From an uncultured virus (IMG/VR IMGVR_UViG_3300025138_000017) (Duplodnaviria > Heunggongvirae > Uroviricota > Caudoviricetes), in the IMG/VR virus record IMGVR_UViG_3300025138_000017: a stretch of DNA of 64,000 nucleotides; one strand, 5' to 3'. Positions 8,936 through 18,197 of the stretch are shown in pieces; position 1 is the first letter of the stretch, and every line of letters starts with the position of its first letter. Under the pieces are notes generated by a model. That model was given only the letters and a program-made list of their open reading frames with translations. It did no database searches and was not told where the DNA came from. The position numbers and the translations under genes were made by a program.

Positions 8936-9941
8936 AACTATATTTCTCCTGTGCAAATTTATCTAATACGTCCATTATCTCTGGTGTAAAGTATTGTTCA
9001 GGGTTAGCTAAAATTTGTTTAGCATACACTGACTTTTCACCTGCTTGTATTCTGGACCCCTTCTTCTCAAATAAACCAGCCTCAATAGCTAGTTCAATCA
9101 TACCATAATATTTGTCAAGTCCTTTATCATAAGTCAATAGCACTTCTGCTTTCTGATTCTCTTTTGATAGTCTTGATTTGAATGTAGTACACTTAATGAT
9201 ATTACCAATAATATCTTTGTTAGAATCTCTTTCTTTTTTCTTACCAAGATATACAATAGTACTTGCTGCATACTTAAGACCTGAACCACCACCCATCTCT
9301 TTCATAGGGATATAACTTCCTATAACCTCGTATACGTGGTTTGTTACTAACATTGGTATACCTGCTCTGGCTAGCTTTAAAGTTAGTACTCTGAACGCTG
9401 CTTTGATCACCTGAGCTTTAGTCATATCTCTTGTTTCTTTACCATCACTAATGTCTTCTAACTCTTTAGTAGTAGACAATAAACCTAAACTATCTAACAC
9501 AAACATAAAAGGTGGTCTCTTATCCTTTGGTGTTGATTCATATAGTTCAATGGCTTTCAATGCTTTAGTTCTAAACTCTTGGATTGTCTGAGGCTCAGAT
9601 ATCATTACACGATTAGTGTCGATACCTCTTTGCTCCATCATGTCTTTAGTCACAGCTGCTTCTGTATCATAATACATTACACCAGCATCTGGATTTGCGT
9701 CCAAGAATGCTTTGAGACATCCCATGACAAAGAACGTCTTACCTGTTGCAGACTCTCCAGCAAATGCTGTAATCTTGTTGTTAGGAATACCACCATGAAT
9801 GGATCCACTAAGCAATGCATTAAGTAAGTATGAACCGGTATCAATTGTACCGCTGAATTCGCTAGCTGCTTTACCTGAGCTGGCCAAGGTTGTATCTTCG
9901 TCTTTTAAATCTTCCACGAAGTTATTAAAGAAATTACCCAT
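8877..9941 (-). CDS. uvsX: RecA-like recombinase UvsX
   Basis: IDTGS, AGESATGKT, YYDTEAA, VLDSLG, TNHVY, MGGGSGLKYAAS. Confidence 0.96.
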   Translation of the reverse strand: MGNFFNNFVEDLKDEDTTLASSGKAASEFSGTIDTGSYLLNALLSGSIHGGIPNNKITAFAGESATGKTFFVMGCLKAFLDANPDAGVMYYDTEAAVTKDMMEQRGIDTNRVMISEPQTIQEFRTKALKAIELYESTPKDKRPPFMFVLDSLGLLSTTKELEDISDGKETRDMTKAQVIKAAFRVLTLKLARAGIPMLVTNHVYEVIGSYIPMKEMGGGSGLKYAASTIVYLGKKKERDSNKDIIGNIIKCTTFKSRLSKENQKAEVLLTYDKGLDKYYGMIELAIEAGLFEKKGSRIQAGEKSVYAKQILANPEQYFTPEIMDVLDKFAQEKYSYGTTGSEMASEDIITEELS

Positions 9942-9964
9942 ATTTTTCCTCCATATGTTAGACC

Positions 9965-9993
9965 ATTATACTGTATTAGCTTTATAAGGTCAA
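9965..9993 (-). promoter_or_regulatory. sigma70-type promoter upstream of uvsX
   Basis: TTGACC-17 nt-TATAAT. Confidence 0.75.
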
Positions 9994-11658
9994 CTGTTTC
10001 ATTAAATTATATACTTTATGTAAATTTTGTTTACCTATTTTAATATTTTTTTTATGATCTCTTGCGTCCCAAGGATTAGCAAAACCTATTTTTCTTTTTC
10101 TGTCTATTACATGTTCTGGATAGAATTTTCTCATGTGGTCTCTTAAGACTCCTTTATAGTTGCCCATTCTCCAAAATCTTTGTTCTCTTCGATTTACCAC
10201 TACTTTATTATCATTTGGAGAGATCATCGAATGGTCCTTGTAATTAAATGGAACACGGAGTTTGTCTACACCTGGAATGCTTAATATGTACATTGCCAAC
10301 TCTTGATGTAAGAATGGTACCCTGCTCTCCATTCCAAAGCTACCAGCAAGATGGTCTGCTACTGTACAGAATCCATCACCTTGAGTCATTGTCCTCCATA
10401 ACAATACATTATTAATCCAATCGTTACCAAATACATTAATTGGACAATACTTTAAATACTCATCACCTAAACCATGTGGCCTACTTGCAAGCCATTCTTT
10501 TCCAAAGTTATGATAATGACTTGGTCTTGGATAGAAGCTGTTGAAATCACCATTATATCCTGTTAACAATTCATCAGCACAATCACCCACAATGAATACT
10601 TTTTCTTTTTGTTGCGCTGCTTTTTTTACAGTTTCATATCTTGGAACAATTCTATTGTGATCCCATATTGGTGCACCCAATGCTTTGTAAGCCTCTTCAG
10701 TGTCAAACTTTTCTTTTACGACAGACTTATAGAATGGAATGTTAAATTCTTTGGCAGTTTGTTCAGCTAATTCGGATTCTGATAACATATAAGAGTTGTA
10801 TGTGTTCGATCCCTCATGTCCATTATCTTCAAACGAACAGCTAACGGCACTTAGATTCTCTCTATCTTTAAGTACAGATGCTATTAAGGTTGAATCAAGG
10901 CCACCACTTAATGATATTGTTTTTTTAAGATTTGGACCAGCATCGTATACTTCATTAAAAGCCTTCACAAGTATAGTTTCAAATTCATCAGGATCCCATT
11001 TCAAATGCATATCGATCTTCTTTTTGAAATCCCATAAAGATGATAGTTTAGTGATTGCTTTTTTGTCTAAACTATATTCTATAATTTGACCTGGACATAC
11101 TCTGTTAATATGTGCCCATGGTGTCAATCTTCCAATACCAAACCTATCTGAATGTGCAAATAAATTTGATTTCTTTTTATCTATTTCTAATAAATTGTCT
11201 TGATTAAGGACAGCATATAAAGGTTTTTGAGTAGAGCTAAAAAATAAATCACCAAATTGCTCCATATAATATAATGGCTTTACTCCAAAATGATCTCTGC
11301 AGAGTGTAATAGTTCCTTTTCTAGGCTCATACCAAGAGAATGCCCACATACCATTAACATTGTTAGCTAATGAACTAATACCCTTCTGTTCTATTCTATC
11401 AGCAAGCCACTTAGTATCCCAAGTCCCTTCTGGAAGACCGTATATCTCACCATTGTATGTAAGAACATTACCGTTCTCTGTAACATATGGCTGTACACTT
11501 GGGGAATCGTTAGGTGATATTTTTAATAAGTTATGACCAAAATTAACTTGATCATCTTTAAAGAAATTAGTATCATCTGGACCACGAACTTTGTTTAACT
11601 TAGTAAATTGTTCTATTGTAAATGGTTGTGGTGTTGTAAAACCTTCAATACTACACAT
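9982..11658 (-). CDS. Asparagine synthetase B-like glutamine amidotransferase
   Basis: N-terminal Cys (MCSI), RGPD, YNGEIY, RDHFGVKPLYY, SLSGGLDS, GDCADEL, ESRVPFL, KIGF. Confidence 0.88.
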   Translation of the reverse strand: MCSIEGFTTPQPFTIEQFTKLNKVRGPDDTNFFKDDQVNFGHNLLKISPNDSPSVQPYVTENGNVLTYNGEIYGLPEGTWDTKWLADRIEQKGISSLANNVNGMWAFSWYEPRKGTITLCRDHFGVKPLYYMEQFGDLFFSSTQKPLYAVLNQDNLLEIDKKKSNLFAHSDRFGIGRLTPWAHINRVCPGQIIEYSLDKKAITKLSSLWDFKKKIDMHLKWDPDEFETILVKAFNEVYDAGPNLKKTISLSGGLDSTLIASVLKDRENLSAVSCSFEDNGHEGSNTYNSYMLSESELAEQTAKEFNIPFYKSVVKEKFDTEEAYKALGAPIWDHNRIVPRYETVKKAAQQKEKVFIVGDCADELLTGYNGDFNSFYPRPSHYHNFGKEWLASRPHGLGDEYLKYCPINVFGNDWINNVLLWRTMTQGDGFCTVADHLAGSFGMESRVPFLHQELAMYILSIPGVDKLRVPFNYKDHSMISPNDNKVVVNRREQRFWRMGNYKGVLRDHMRKFYPEHVIDRKRKIGFANPWDARDHKKNIKIGKQNLHKVYNLMKQLTL

Positions 11659-11675
11659 AATATAATTTGTTACCT

Positions 11676-12530
11676 TTATTCTTTAGGAAATATTTTTCTC
11701 TTGAGCTTTAATGCTTCGTCTCTAGCTTTGTTATCTAGTTCTATTTTATCTTTTGAGATGCCAACTAAACCTGCCATATCTCCAACTCTCATTGGTTGGT
11801 GTGGATCCCTACTTTTTGCTATTATTCCTAAACTTGCTACTAATAATAATACAGCTAATGGATCAAATGCAAATATAATTAATAATATTAATATTCTAGC
11901 AGCATCGTCTATTTTGTTTTCTGCTTCTTCACCATATATCATTTCAGCGACATATTTAATAGGTCCAATCTCTCCATCTTGTTCTAATTGAAGTCTTTGG
12001 AATGGTAGCTTCTCTTGATTCAATTGTACTATATCATCCACTAAGGGGTCAACAGCTTCTGCTATTTCTTTTCTTTCATCTCTTTGTCTTCTGTCAATAT
12101 AGTTTCTATCTTCTGGTCTTGCTGTATCAATAATGTAGTCTAAACCACCTAGTCTATCTTCTAATCTTTTTAACTGTGACTCTTTAGATTCTATTCTCTT
12201 ATCTATAATAGACATTTCTAATGAGTATGCGTCACCCTGAAGGTTTTGCTCAATATTAGCTTTTGCTAAGAATCCAAATATACCTAAAGATGTTATCAAC
12301 ATTAAAACTACAACAGAAGTCATTAAATAATATCTCATAGCTCTGTTAATGTCACTCCAACGGATATGGAGAAATCCGGCGGTGACTAATTTTCCGACCT
12401 CTAGCGCACCGGCCATAATTACCACTGGCCAAAATGATCCAGAAAAGATAGTTGCCAATCCTATTACAGAAAACCATGCGGCAACCCCAGCCACTAACAA
12501 TGAAGTTAGGAATGCTAAGTAATTAATCAT
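11676..12530 (-). CDS. Membrane protein with coiled-coil domain
   Basis: Three N-terminal hydrophobic helices, a coiled coil and a C-terminal helix (IFAFDPLAVLLL). Confidence 0.75.
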   Translation of the reverse strand: MINYLAFLTSLLVAGVAAWFSVIGLATIFSGSFWPVVIMAGALEVGKLVTAGFLHIRWSDINRAMRYYLMTSVVVLMLITSLGIFGFLAKANIEQNLQGDAYSLEMSIIDKRIESKESQLKRLEDRLGGLDYIIDTARPEDRNYIDRRQRDERKEIAEAVDPLVDDIVQLNQEKLPFQRLQLEQDGEIGPIKYVAEMIYGEEAENKIDDAARILILLIIFAFDPLAVLLLVASLGIIAKSRDPHQPMRVGDMAGLVGISKDKIELDNKARDEALKLKRKIFPKE

Positions 12531-12825
12531 TTAATAATTGTTGAAGTTTTAATTTGAAAGAATCAATTTTTACTGAACGGTTAGGCCAGTAGATATATTC
12601 TTTGTCTTCGTTGGATTGTAAATTGTTTAGTAGTGGAATGACAGCATCGTAGATAGCATTTGTTTTTGCTTTCCATTCTTCTGCTTGATCTTTCCATTGG
12701 GCAGCTGTATCTGATGCAGCTGCTGCTTCAACTTTAACTGATTGTACGGCAGACAGTTCATCTTCGTCTACTACGCTAAAACCAAAATCAAATGTTGATA
12801 AATCTATGTTATTTTTGCTTGCCAT
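12523..12825 (-). CDS. Conserved hypothetical phage protein
   Basis: 100 aa (FDFGFS...EYIYWPNR), GAGG SD, TATAAATA upstream at 12850-12857. Confidence 0.7.
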   Translation of the reverse strand: MASKNNIDLSTFDFGFSVVDEDELSAVQSVKVEAAAASDTAAQWKDQAEEWKAKTNAIYDAVIPLLNNLQSNEDKEYIYWPNRSVKIDSFKLKLQQLLND

Positions 12826-12852
12826 GTTAATACCTCTCGGATCTTATAGTAT

Positions 12853-15369
12853 TTATACGAAGAATTGATCCAAAGTAGCCTGTTTGTCAATACTCCAGCC
12901 TATTGCTTCGCATATGTTATTAAGAGGTTCTTTGAATGTTTTACTGAATTGTTTCTCATAATCTATGTATTGCTCCATCATTAAATCAGAAGGAAGTACT
13001 TTTGGAACAGCTAATACATTTTCTCTAATTGGATTAGGAAGTTTCATATAACAAAATTTAATCTTTTCACCTTCTTGGATTAAGTCGTACTTCTTGTCCA
13101 ACTTCATATCTCTAATAGTTTTATTATATAACAATGCACCTCTTACATGAATGGGTGTTCCCTTCTTATAGATGCTACTAGCATCAGACCATTTTCCAAT
13201 ATAACGACAACCTCTAGGGAACGCTACATCTTCAAATGGCATTTCAACAAACAGTTTCTCAAAGTCATTTACATAATCTCTTAAAGCCATCTCACCTTCG
13301 TTCATTAGAACTTCTAGCGCTTCCTTGATAGCTTTTCTTGCAACAGCAGGCGTGCTTGATCTAACTGATTCAATGCCCATCATTTTAAGTTTAGGTTCAG
13401 CATAACGAACGCCTTCGTTATCAAATACATTCATGATGTAATGCTTCTTGCCTGTCCATATAGCCTTATTGGCAATAGCTTCTCGCTTCATTACCATCTT
13501 TTGTTCATACGCACTTACATACGTTGCAAGCTCTCTATAGCCTTTATCGATAAATGGTTCAAGGACTTCAGTGGCCAAACGATCCAAGAAGTTGATAACT
13601 TTGTTAGTGTCTGTTGTATCGATTTTAGATTTAGTGACAAGCTCATCAAGACCAACATATAATGAATCTGTGTCAACAGCAAGTACATAGTCTTTGTCTT
13701 TGTTACCCAATTTCTTATTGAGGAATTCGTTGAGTTTGACTTCCATCCACTTAATGGATAGCTGACCACTGAGTGTAATAGACTCAGCATACTTAGTGTC
13801 AAAAAAGCGGAAGTATTGGTTACCAAGCGCGCCATATGCTGAATTAAGTTGGATCTTTTTAGCCATCTGCATATTGTTACATTTAGCGATTTCGTATTCC
13901 AATTCACGTGTGGGAGTTTTTTCATATTTTTTCTGAGCCTCGATCATTCGTGTCTTCCATTCGACACGGTTGTTATACATACTTTCCATTAACTTGGGCA
14001 AGAACCCTTGGAAATCTTTTGTGTACATTGCACCTGAACCACATACTGTAACATTATGTTCTTTCATAAATTGTTTAATATTATCTTGGTTATACAGGCC
14101 TGCAATGATCTCGTCTGCTGTAGGTCTCTGACCTATATGTCTTACATATGTTTCTGGTGAAATATTGTATTGCATTATTAAGTGAGGATACAAACTGTTC
14201 AAGTCAAATGATACCACCCAGTCATGCATTCCTACTTGTGGATCTTTTACATAAGCTCCTTCTACTTGGTTTTCTTTTTCTCCAATACCTTTAGGTGGTA
14301 CTACTATATTTTTCTGCATTAAGAAGTTATGAATAATAACATCCCACATTCGCACTGACGTTAATGAGTCGACTAAGTTTACACCAGCATCATAAGCAAT
14401 AGTACATGCCTGCTCTAATAGTTTCATTTTATCATCTAAACGCTCAACAAGTACGACATCCTTAATGTTATAGTCCAAGAACTTCTGATAATTTTGTTTG
14501 TATAGTTCGTTCAAGGATCCATACTCTGAATAGTCTAATTTCTTCTCTCCGAGTATTGCTTGACCAATATAATCTAATGCATAGCTTTCTTGTTGAGTGT
14601 ATGTAAACTTCTTAAATAAGTTCATATAGTCAAAGCAAGTTATGCCAACTATATCTTTAGCATTAGGTGGTGCATCTCTTCCAAGTGCTTGATTCTGAGC
14701 AGTAGGTATTGTTCTTTGTTTTACAATGCCCCATGGTGATAAACGCTGAGCTGCTTCTTTAGATAATCTTCTGTTTATTCTATTGACTGTATATGGAATA
14801 TCGAAAAGCTCAATGTTCCATCCAGTAATAATATCAGGGTTCAGATCAACCCATAGGTTAATAAATTTATGAAGTAAGTCTGTCTCATTTACACATTTAA
14901 CATAAATGTCTTCACCACTAGTTTTGTATTCACCGCATCCAAGAATATATGATTGACCTTTACATCTAAGAGCAATAGATAATATTTCTTTATCAGCTAC
15001 TGAGATGTCAGGGAATCCTTCATCTGACTTGGTCTCAATATCAAAGTTAAGAATAGACATCTGGTTGAAGTCAAATTCTCTTGTAGGATATTCTTCATTG
15101 ATATAAGCATATGCAAATTGTTGCATGCCATATACAGGTTGGTTGGATACTCTTTCATGTGATTGAATAAAGTCTCTTGCTTCTTTAATACTATTGAACC
15201 CACGAGGCTCAACAACTTCACCCTTGATTGTTTTAAATGGTGATTGTTTTACTGTATGAATATACAGTGTAGGTTGATATGGAATCTCGCGTTGCTTTTG
15301 TACACCATCCTCTATGTATCTCTCAAGGATAACATTATTGTATTGTTGGATGTTTGTATAAAATTTCAA
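12853..15369 (-). CDS. gp43: Family B DNA polymerase (T4 gp43-like)
   Basis: Exonuclease FDIET, DLNSLYP, KIQLNSAYG, VDTDS, KKHY motifs; no intein visible. Confidence 0.98.
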   Translation of the reverse strand: MKFYTNIQQYNNVILERYIEDGVQKQREIPYQPTLYIHTVKQSPFKTIKGEVVEPRGFNSIKEARDFIQSHERVSNQPVYGMQQFAYAYINEEYPTREFDFNQMSILNFDIETKSDEGFPDISVADKEILSIALRCKGQSYILGCGEYKTSGEDIYVKCVNETDLLHKFINLWVDLNPDIITGWNIELFDIPYTVNRINRRLSKEAAQRLSPWGIVKQRTIPTAQNQALGRDAPPNAKDIVGITCFDYMNLFKKFTYTQQESYALDYIGQAILGEKKLDYSEYGSLNELYKQNYQKFLDYNIKDVVLVERLDDKMKLLEQACTIAYDAGVNLVDSLTSVRMWDVIIHNFLMQKNIVVPPKGIGEKENQVEGAYVKDPQVGMHDWVVSFDLNSLYPHLIMQYNISPETYVRHIGQRPTADEIIAGLYNQDNIKQFMKEHNVTVCGSGAMYTKDFQGFLPKLMESMYNNRVEWKTRMIEAQKKYEKTPTRELEYEIAKCNNMQMAKKIQLNSAYGALGNQYFRFFDTKYAESITLSGQLSIKWMEVKLNEFLNKKLGNKDKDYVLAVDTDSLYVGLDELVTKSKIDTTDTNKVINFLDRLATEVLEPFIDKGYRELATYVSAYEQKMVMKREAIANKAIWTGKKHYIMNVFDNEGVRYAEPKLKMMGIESVRSSTPAVARKAIKEALEVLMNEGEMALRDYVNDFEKLFVEMPFEDVAFPRGCRYIGKWSDASSIYKKGTPIHVRGALLYNKTIRDMKLDKKYDLIQEGEKIKFCYMKLPNPIRENVLAVPKVLPSDLMMEQYIDYEKQFSKTFKEPLNNICEAIGWSIDKQATLDQFFV

Positions 15370-15809
15370 TGGTTCTTTACTCTATCTCTTAGTTCACTTG
15401 TACTGAATGAATGATCACGGTTATTATACACTATTTCGATATCAGAGTCAACGCAATATTGCTTGCCTGTAAAATCTTTTTTAAGATAGTCACTACCAAT
15501 AATTCTAACATCTATTGGTAATGCCTTAAGTATATCTAACACATCATTCTCAGTATTGTAAACAACAACTTCGTCTACAAATCGACATGCAGTGATTTGA
15601 AGTTGTCTTTCAAAGATAGATTGGATAGGTTGATTTTTCTCGGGCCTATCTACCGAGGGGTCATTCTGTAAGCCAACAATAAGATAGTCACAGTTTTGTT
15701 TTGCTTCTGCTAACATTGCTACATGACCAGCATGTAGTAAATCAAAAGCTCCAAATGTTATGCCTATCTTACCTTTGTCGCTAACGTCACCGTTAAGCCA
15801 TTTTAACAT
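15366..15809 (-). CDS. Glycerol-3-phosphate cytidylyltransferase (TagD)-like protein
   Basis: FGAFDLLHAGH, VDEV, GSDY and FSTSELR motifs. Confidence 0.88.
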   Translation of the reverse strand: MLKWLNGDVSDKGKIGITFGAFDLLHAGHVAMLAEAKQNCDYLIVGLQNDPSVDRPEKNQPIQSIFERQLQITACRFVDEVVVYNTENDVLDILKALPIDVRIIGSDYLKKDFTGKQYCVDSDIEIVYNNRDHSFSTSELRDRVKNH

Positions 15810-15812
15810 AAT

Positions 15813-16031
15813 TTACTCAGATAAGAATTCTGTATCTTGTTCTAATTTAAGAGCAGTACTAAGTTTTTCCTCTGCAGATGCTAATTGATGAATTAGCTCA
15901 TCTAATGTTCCTACTACGTCTGGATGATCAGCAACACCATTTGTATTGTTTAATAAGTTTTGAATATTAGCCCTTGCTACCATTACGTCGCCATTATACT
16001 TTGCGATCAGTGCTGTTACTAAATTAGGCAT
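15813..16031 (-). CDS. Small hypothetical protein
   Basis: 72 aa, overlapping the lysozyme stop. Confidence 0.65.
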   Translation of the reverse strand: MPNLVTALIAKYNGDVMVARANIQNLLNNTNGVADHPDVVGTLDELIHQLASAEEKLSTALKLEQDTEFLSE

Positions 16032-16464
16032 TCTCTAATCTCTCCATTAGCCTTTCAGCTCTATTGGTAACTTGACGATACCATTTACTATCTCTTCCTT
16101 CTACTGCAGCAGTTTTCCAATCGCCACACTGTAAAGCAGCTACGTGCTTTTTAAAACCTGTAAGTCTTGTTCTTCCCATATTAAACATCATGTTAGCAAT
16201 CACTTGCTTTACTTCTTCTGGGTATCCGTCCCAAGCCTCATGAAGAATTATACAGTCATCTATGACTGTTTGTACATCTTTCTCGAATAACTCTACACAT
16301 CTTTCTTCTGTGATTGGTGTTCCAAGAGGCTTTCCATATTCTTCGTCACTATCTAAAATAAGGTGACCAATGCCCACAGTAGGTAAGCCAAGGTGATCAT
16401 GATACACTTCTAGTACCTTGCCCTCATCAATTGTTAATTGTTCTCTAAGTTTTATTAGATCCAT
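16024..16464 (-). CDS. T4-type lysozyme (GH24)
   Basis: DEG...YHDHLGLPTVGIGHL catalytic loop; NMMFNMG; DSKWYRQVTNRA. Confidence 0.92.
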   Translation of the reverse strand: MDLIKLREQLTIDEGKVLEVYHDHLGLPTVGIGHLILDSDEEYGKPLGTPITEERCVELFEKDVQTVIDDCIILHEAWDGYPEEVKQVIANMMFNMGRTRLTGFKKHVAALQCGDWKTAAVEGRDSKWYRQVTNRAERLMERLENA

Positions 16465-16612
16465 TTTTATTCTCCTTTACAAAGTTTTTGATCATTGAAC
16501 GTACCTGACTACTTGCCGATATGTCAAGCTCATCACAAAGATCGATGAATTCGTATTTGTCTTCTCTATTTATTTTTAATAAAAACTGAGAATCCTTAAT
16601 TTTTTTTGCCAT
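16445..16612 (-). CDS. Ribbon-helix-helix (CopG-like) DNA-binding protein, 55 aa
   Basis: Translated by hand: MAKKIKDSQFLLKINREDKYEFIDLCDELDISASSQVRSMIKNFVKENKNGSNKT. Strand-helix-helix pattern; GAGGG SD. Confidence 0.65.
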   Translation of the reverse strand: MAKKIKDSQFLLKINREDKYEFIDLCDELDISASSQVRSMIKNFVKENKNGSNKT

Positions 16613-16671
16613 AATTTATTCCCTCAAAGGTCATTATAATATATATACTTATACATTAGGAGATATATACC

Positions 16672-16767
16672 ATGACCAGAATAGCAAACCTTTGGATTGA
16701 ATTTGATTTAATGATGAAAGCAGGTTCTTTAGAGAACGTCACTGACTCACTAAACTTCAGTCAATAA
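16672..16767 (+). CDS. Divergent 31-aa peptide
   Basis: AGGAGA SD then MTRIANLWIEFDLMMKAGSLENVTDSLNFSQ; followed by a hairpin. Confidence 0.5.
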   Translation: MTRIANLWIEFDLMMKAGSLENVTDSLNFSQ

Positions 16768-16772
16768 AATAA

Positions 16773-16792
16773 GGCCATAGTTATCTATGGCC
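16773..16792. terminator. Perfect 8-bp hairpin GGCCATAG-TTAT-CTATGGCC
   Basis: Inverted repeat between the converging small peptide and hsp20 genes. Confidence 0.55.
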
Positions 16793-16794
16793 CC

Positions 16795-16823
16795 ATTATC
16801 CATAATCAATATTATAAAGTCAA
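16795..16823 (-). promoter_or_regulatory. sigma70-type promoter
   Basis: TTGACT-17 nt-GATAAT. Confidence 0.6.
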
Positions 16824-16827
16824 CAGT

Positions 16828-17244
16828 TTACTTGACTTTTATTTCAATTGGTTTTTCTTCTTCAGGGATGACCCTTTTCAAATGGATGTTTAATATACCA
16901 TTAGTGTAACCAGCATCTTCCACTTCAACATATTCTGCTAAAGCAAATGTCCTATCAAATGATCTACCAGCTATACCTTTGTGAACAAACTCTTGTTCCT
17001 TTTCAGTATTTTTTGTGGCCATCACCTTAAGAGATTGGTCTTTAAGAGTGATATCAAAATCCTTCTTATTAAACCCAGCTGCTGCTATCTCAATGATAAA
17101 TTTATCGTCAGACAACTTAATTATGTTGTATGGTGGATAATTACCGTTTGGTTGGTTGTGAATTGCGTCGAGTCTTTTGAACATCTCGTCAAAGCCGACA
17201 CCGAATGGTCTCATGCGACCGAATGGTTCTTCGTATAAAGTCAT
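16828..17244 (-). CDS. Small heat-shock protein (Hsp20/IbpA family)
   Basis: NYPPYNI, EIAAAGF, HKGIAGRSF, NGILNI. Start reassigned to MTLYEE after the AGGAGG SD. Confidence 0.95.
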   Translation of the reverse strand: MTLYEEPFGRMRPFGVGFDEMFKRLDAIHNQPNGNYPPYNIIKLSDDKFIIEIAAAGFNKKDFDITLKDQSLKVMATKNTEKEQEFVHKGIAGRSFDRTFALAEYVEVEDAGYTNGILNIHLKRVIPEEEKPIEIKVK

Positions 17245-17248
17245 GTTT

Positions 17249-17300
17249 CCTCCTTTCATTAAGCGAAGATTAAAGTTTGTAGCCTCCCTATGAGCACTAC
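17249..17300 (-). promoter_or_regulatory. ROSE-like RNA thermometer in the hsp20 5' UTR
   Basis: CUUCGCU pairs with SD AGGAGG with a bulged G; a second hairpin lies upstream (GUAGUGCUC...GAGGCUAC). Confidence 0.6.
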
Positions 17301-17305
17301 ATAAC

Positions 17306-17344
17306 TATTTATATATTATATGGTGGCTAACTATTAAAAGTCAA
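17306..17344 (-). promoter_or_regulatory. Tandem sigma70 and late promoters for hsp20
   Basis: TTGACT-18 nt-TATAAT (17315-17344) followed by TATAAATA (17306-17313). Confidence 0.7.
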
Positions 17345-17364
17345 CAGTTTTTTTTAAATAAGGC

Positions 17365-17411
17365 GGAGCCGGTTACCGCTTGCAGGCCGGCCAGGTGGGT
17401 CAACCGACTCC
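17365..17411. ncRNA. Candidate GC-rich structured RNA element
   Basis: 10-bp outer stem GGAGUCGGUU/AACCGGCUCC (minus strand) enclosing 27 GC-rich nt, in an AT-rich genome. Confidence 0.35.
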
Positions 17412-17419
17412 TTGATTGG

Positions 17420-17812
17420 TTATTTCTTTTTGCCAATATTATATTTGGCTACCAATTCCCATTCAGATTTTTGGCTGAAAGGAATTACTTTAATAGATGA
17501 CATGCTATCTGCAGGTTCTATTTGAGTAGGGATTACAATTGATACGAGATCCCATTCTTGTAATAACTTGGCTATTGTATTTCTTCTTGAGGTGTCGTCA
17601 TCATTCATATCAGTCTGCTTGCCGTCTAATGCAAATAGCTCTTTAAAGTGAACGATGTAATACTTTCCTTGCTTGTGAAGTATATGACATGACTGAAACA
17701 GTGTCTGAGTTTTTTTGCTAGCTACACCTATTCTTGTAAGTGTTTCTTTAACTTTTAGAAAGTCGTCTGGTTCTTTTAATGTGACTTCAATTAATGATTC
17801 TATACTAATCAT
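17420..17812 (-). CDS. regA: Translational repressor RegA
   Basis: DDFLKVKETLTRIGVAS, QSCHILHKQGKYYIVHFKELF. Confidence 0.97.
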   Translation of the reverse strand: MISIESLIEVTLKEPDDFLKVKETLTRIGVASKKTQTLFQSCHILHKQGKYYIVHFKELFALDGKQTDMNDDDTSRRNTIAKLLQEWDLVSIVIPTQIEPADSMSSIKVIPFSQKSEWELVAKYNIGKKK

Positions 17813-18197
17813 TTTTAATTCCGTTTTCCATTTTGCTTTTAATAATATTTTTTTGCTCAGTGGAGAGAATGTTTAGGGCAGCTTTAGCTTTTTGAGGTGA
17901 GCATTTATAATACTCTTGAATCATCATTATCTCATCATTACTGTCTGCTTTCGCCCACTTCGCAAATCTTTTCTTCTTACGAAGAGTATTTAGATAAAAC
18001 TCATATTGCAACTTGTTATCTAGGAAGTGGTAACGATTCATTTCGTTAGCATATAGTAGTGTATCAGTAAAGTAAGATAGTGATTTGTTAGTAAGATAAG
18101 GAGCATAACCTTTCTCAGCTAACTCGTCGTTCTCTGTATTCTTCATCAAGTTCTTCTTGGTGAAGTTAATACTGTTTACAAAATCAAACGGTTTCAT
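17805..18197 (-). CDS. gp62: Clamp loader small subunit
   Basis: YANEMN, RKKKRFAKWAK; located between gp44 and regA. Confidence 0.92.
   Translation of the reverse strand: MKPFDFVNSINFTKKNLMKNTENDELAEKGYAPYLTNKSLSYFTDTLLYANEMNRYHFLDNKLQYEFYLNTLRKKKRFAKWAKADSNDEIMMIQEYYKCSPQKAKAALNILSTEQKNIIKSKMENGIKND

Noticed and set aside
9982..11658. Gat-QueC fusion completing the preQ0/archaeosine pathway
   Set aside because: It has SGGLDS, but the C-terminal motifs are AsnB-type (GDxADE, ExRVPFL) and the QueC Cys zinc motif is absent; it also lies over 10 kb from the que genes.
12853..15369. Intein or intron in the polymerase (also considered for gp41, gp17 and gp20)
   Set aside because: Lengths are normal, with continuous motifs and no splicing signatures.
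17365..17411. tRNA, SRP RNA or a known riboswitch
   Set aside because: No T-loop, anticodon arm or recognisable aptamer consensus; kept only as an unassigned structured element.
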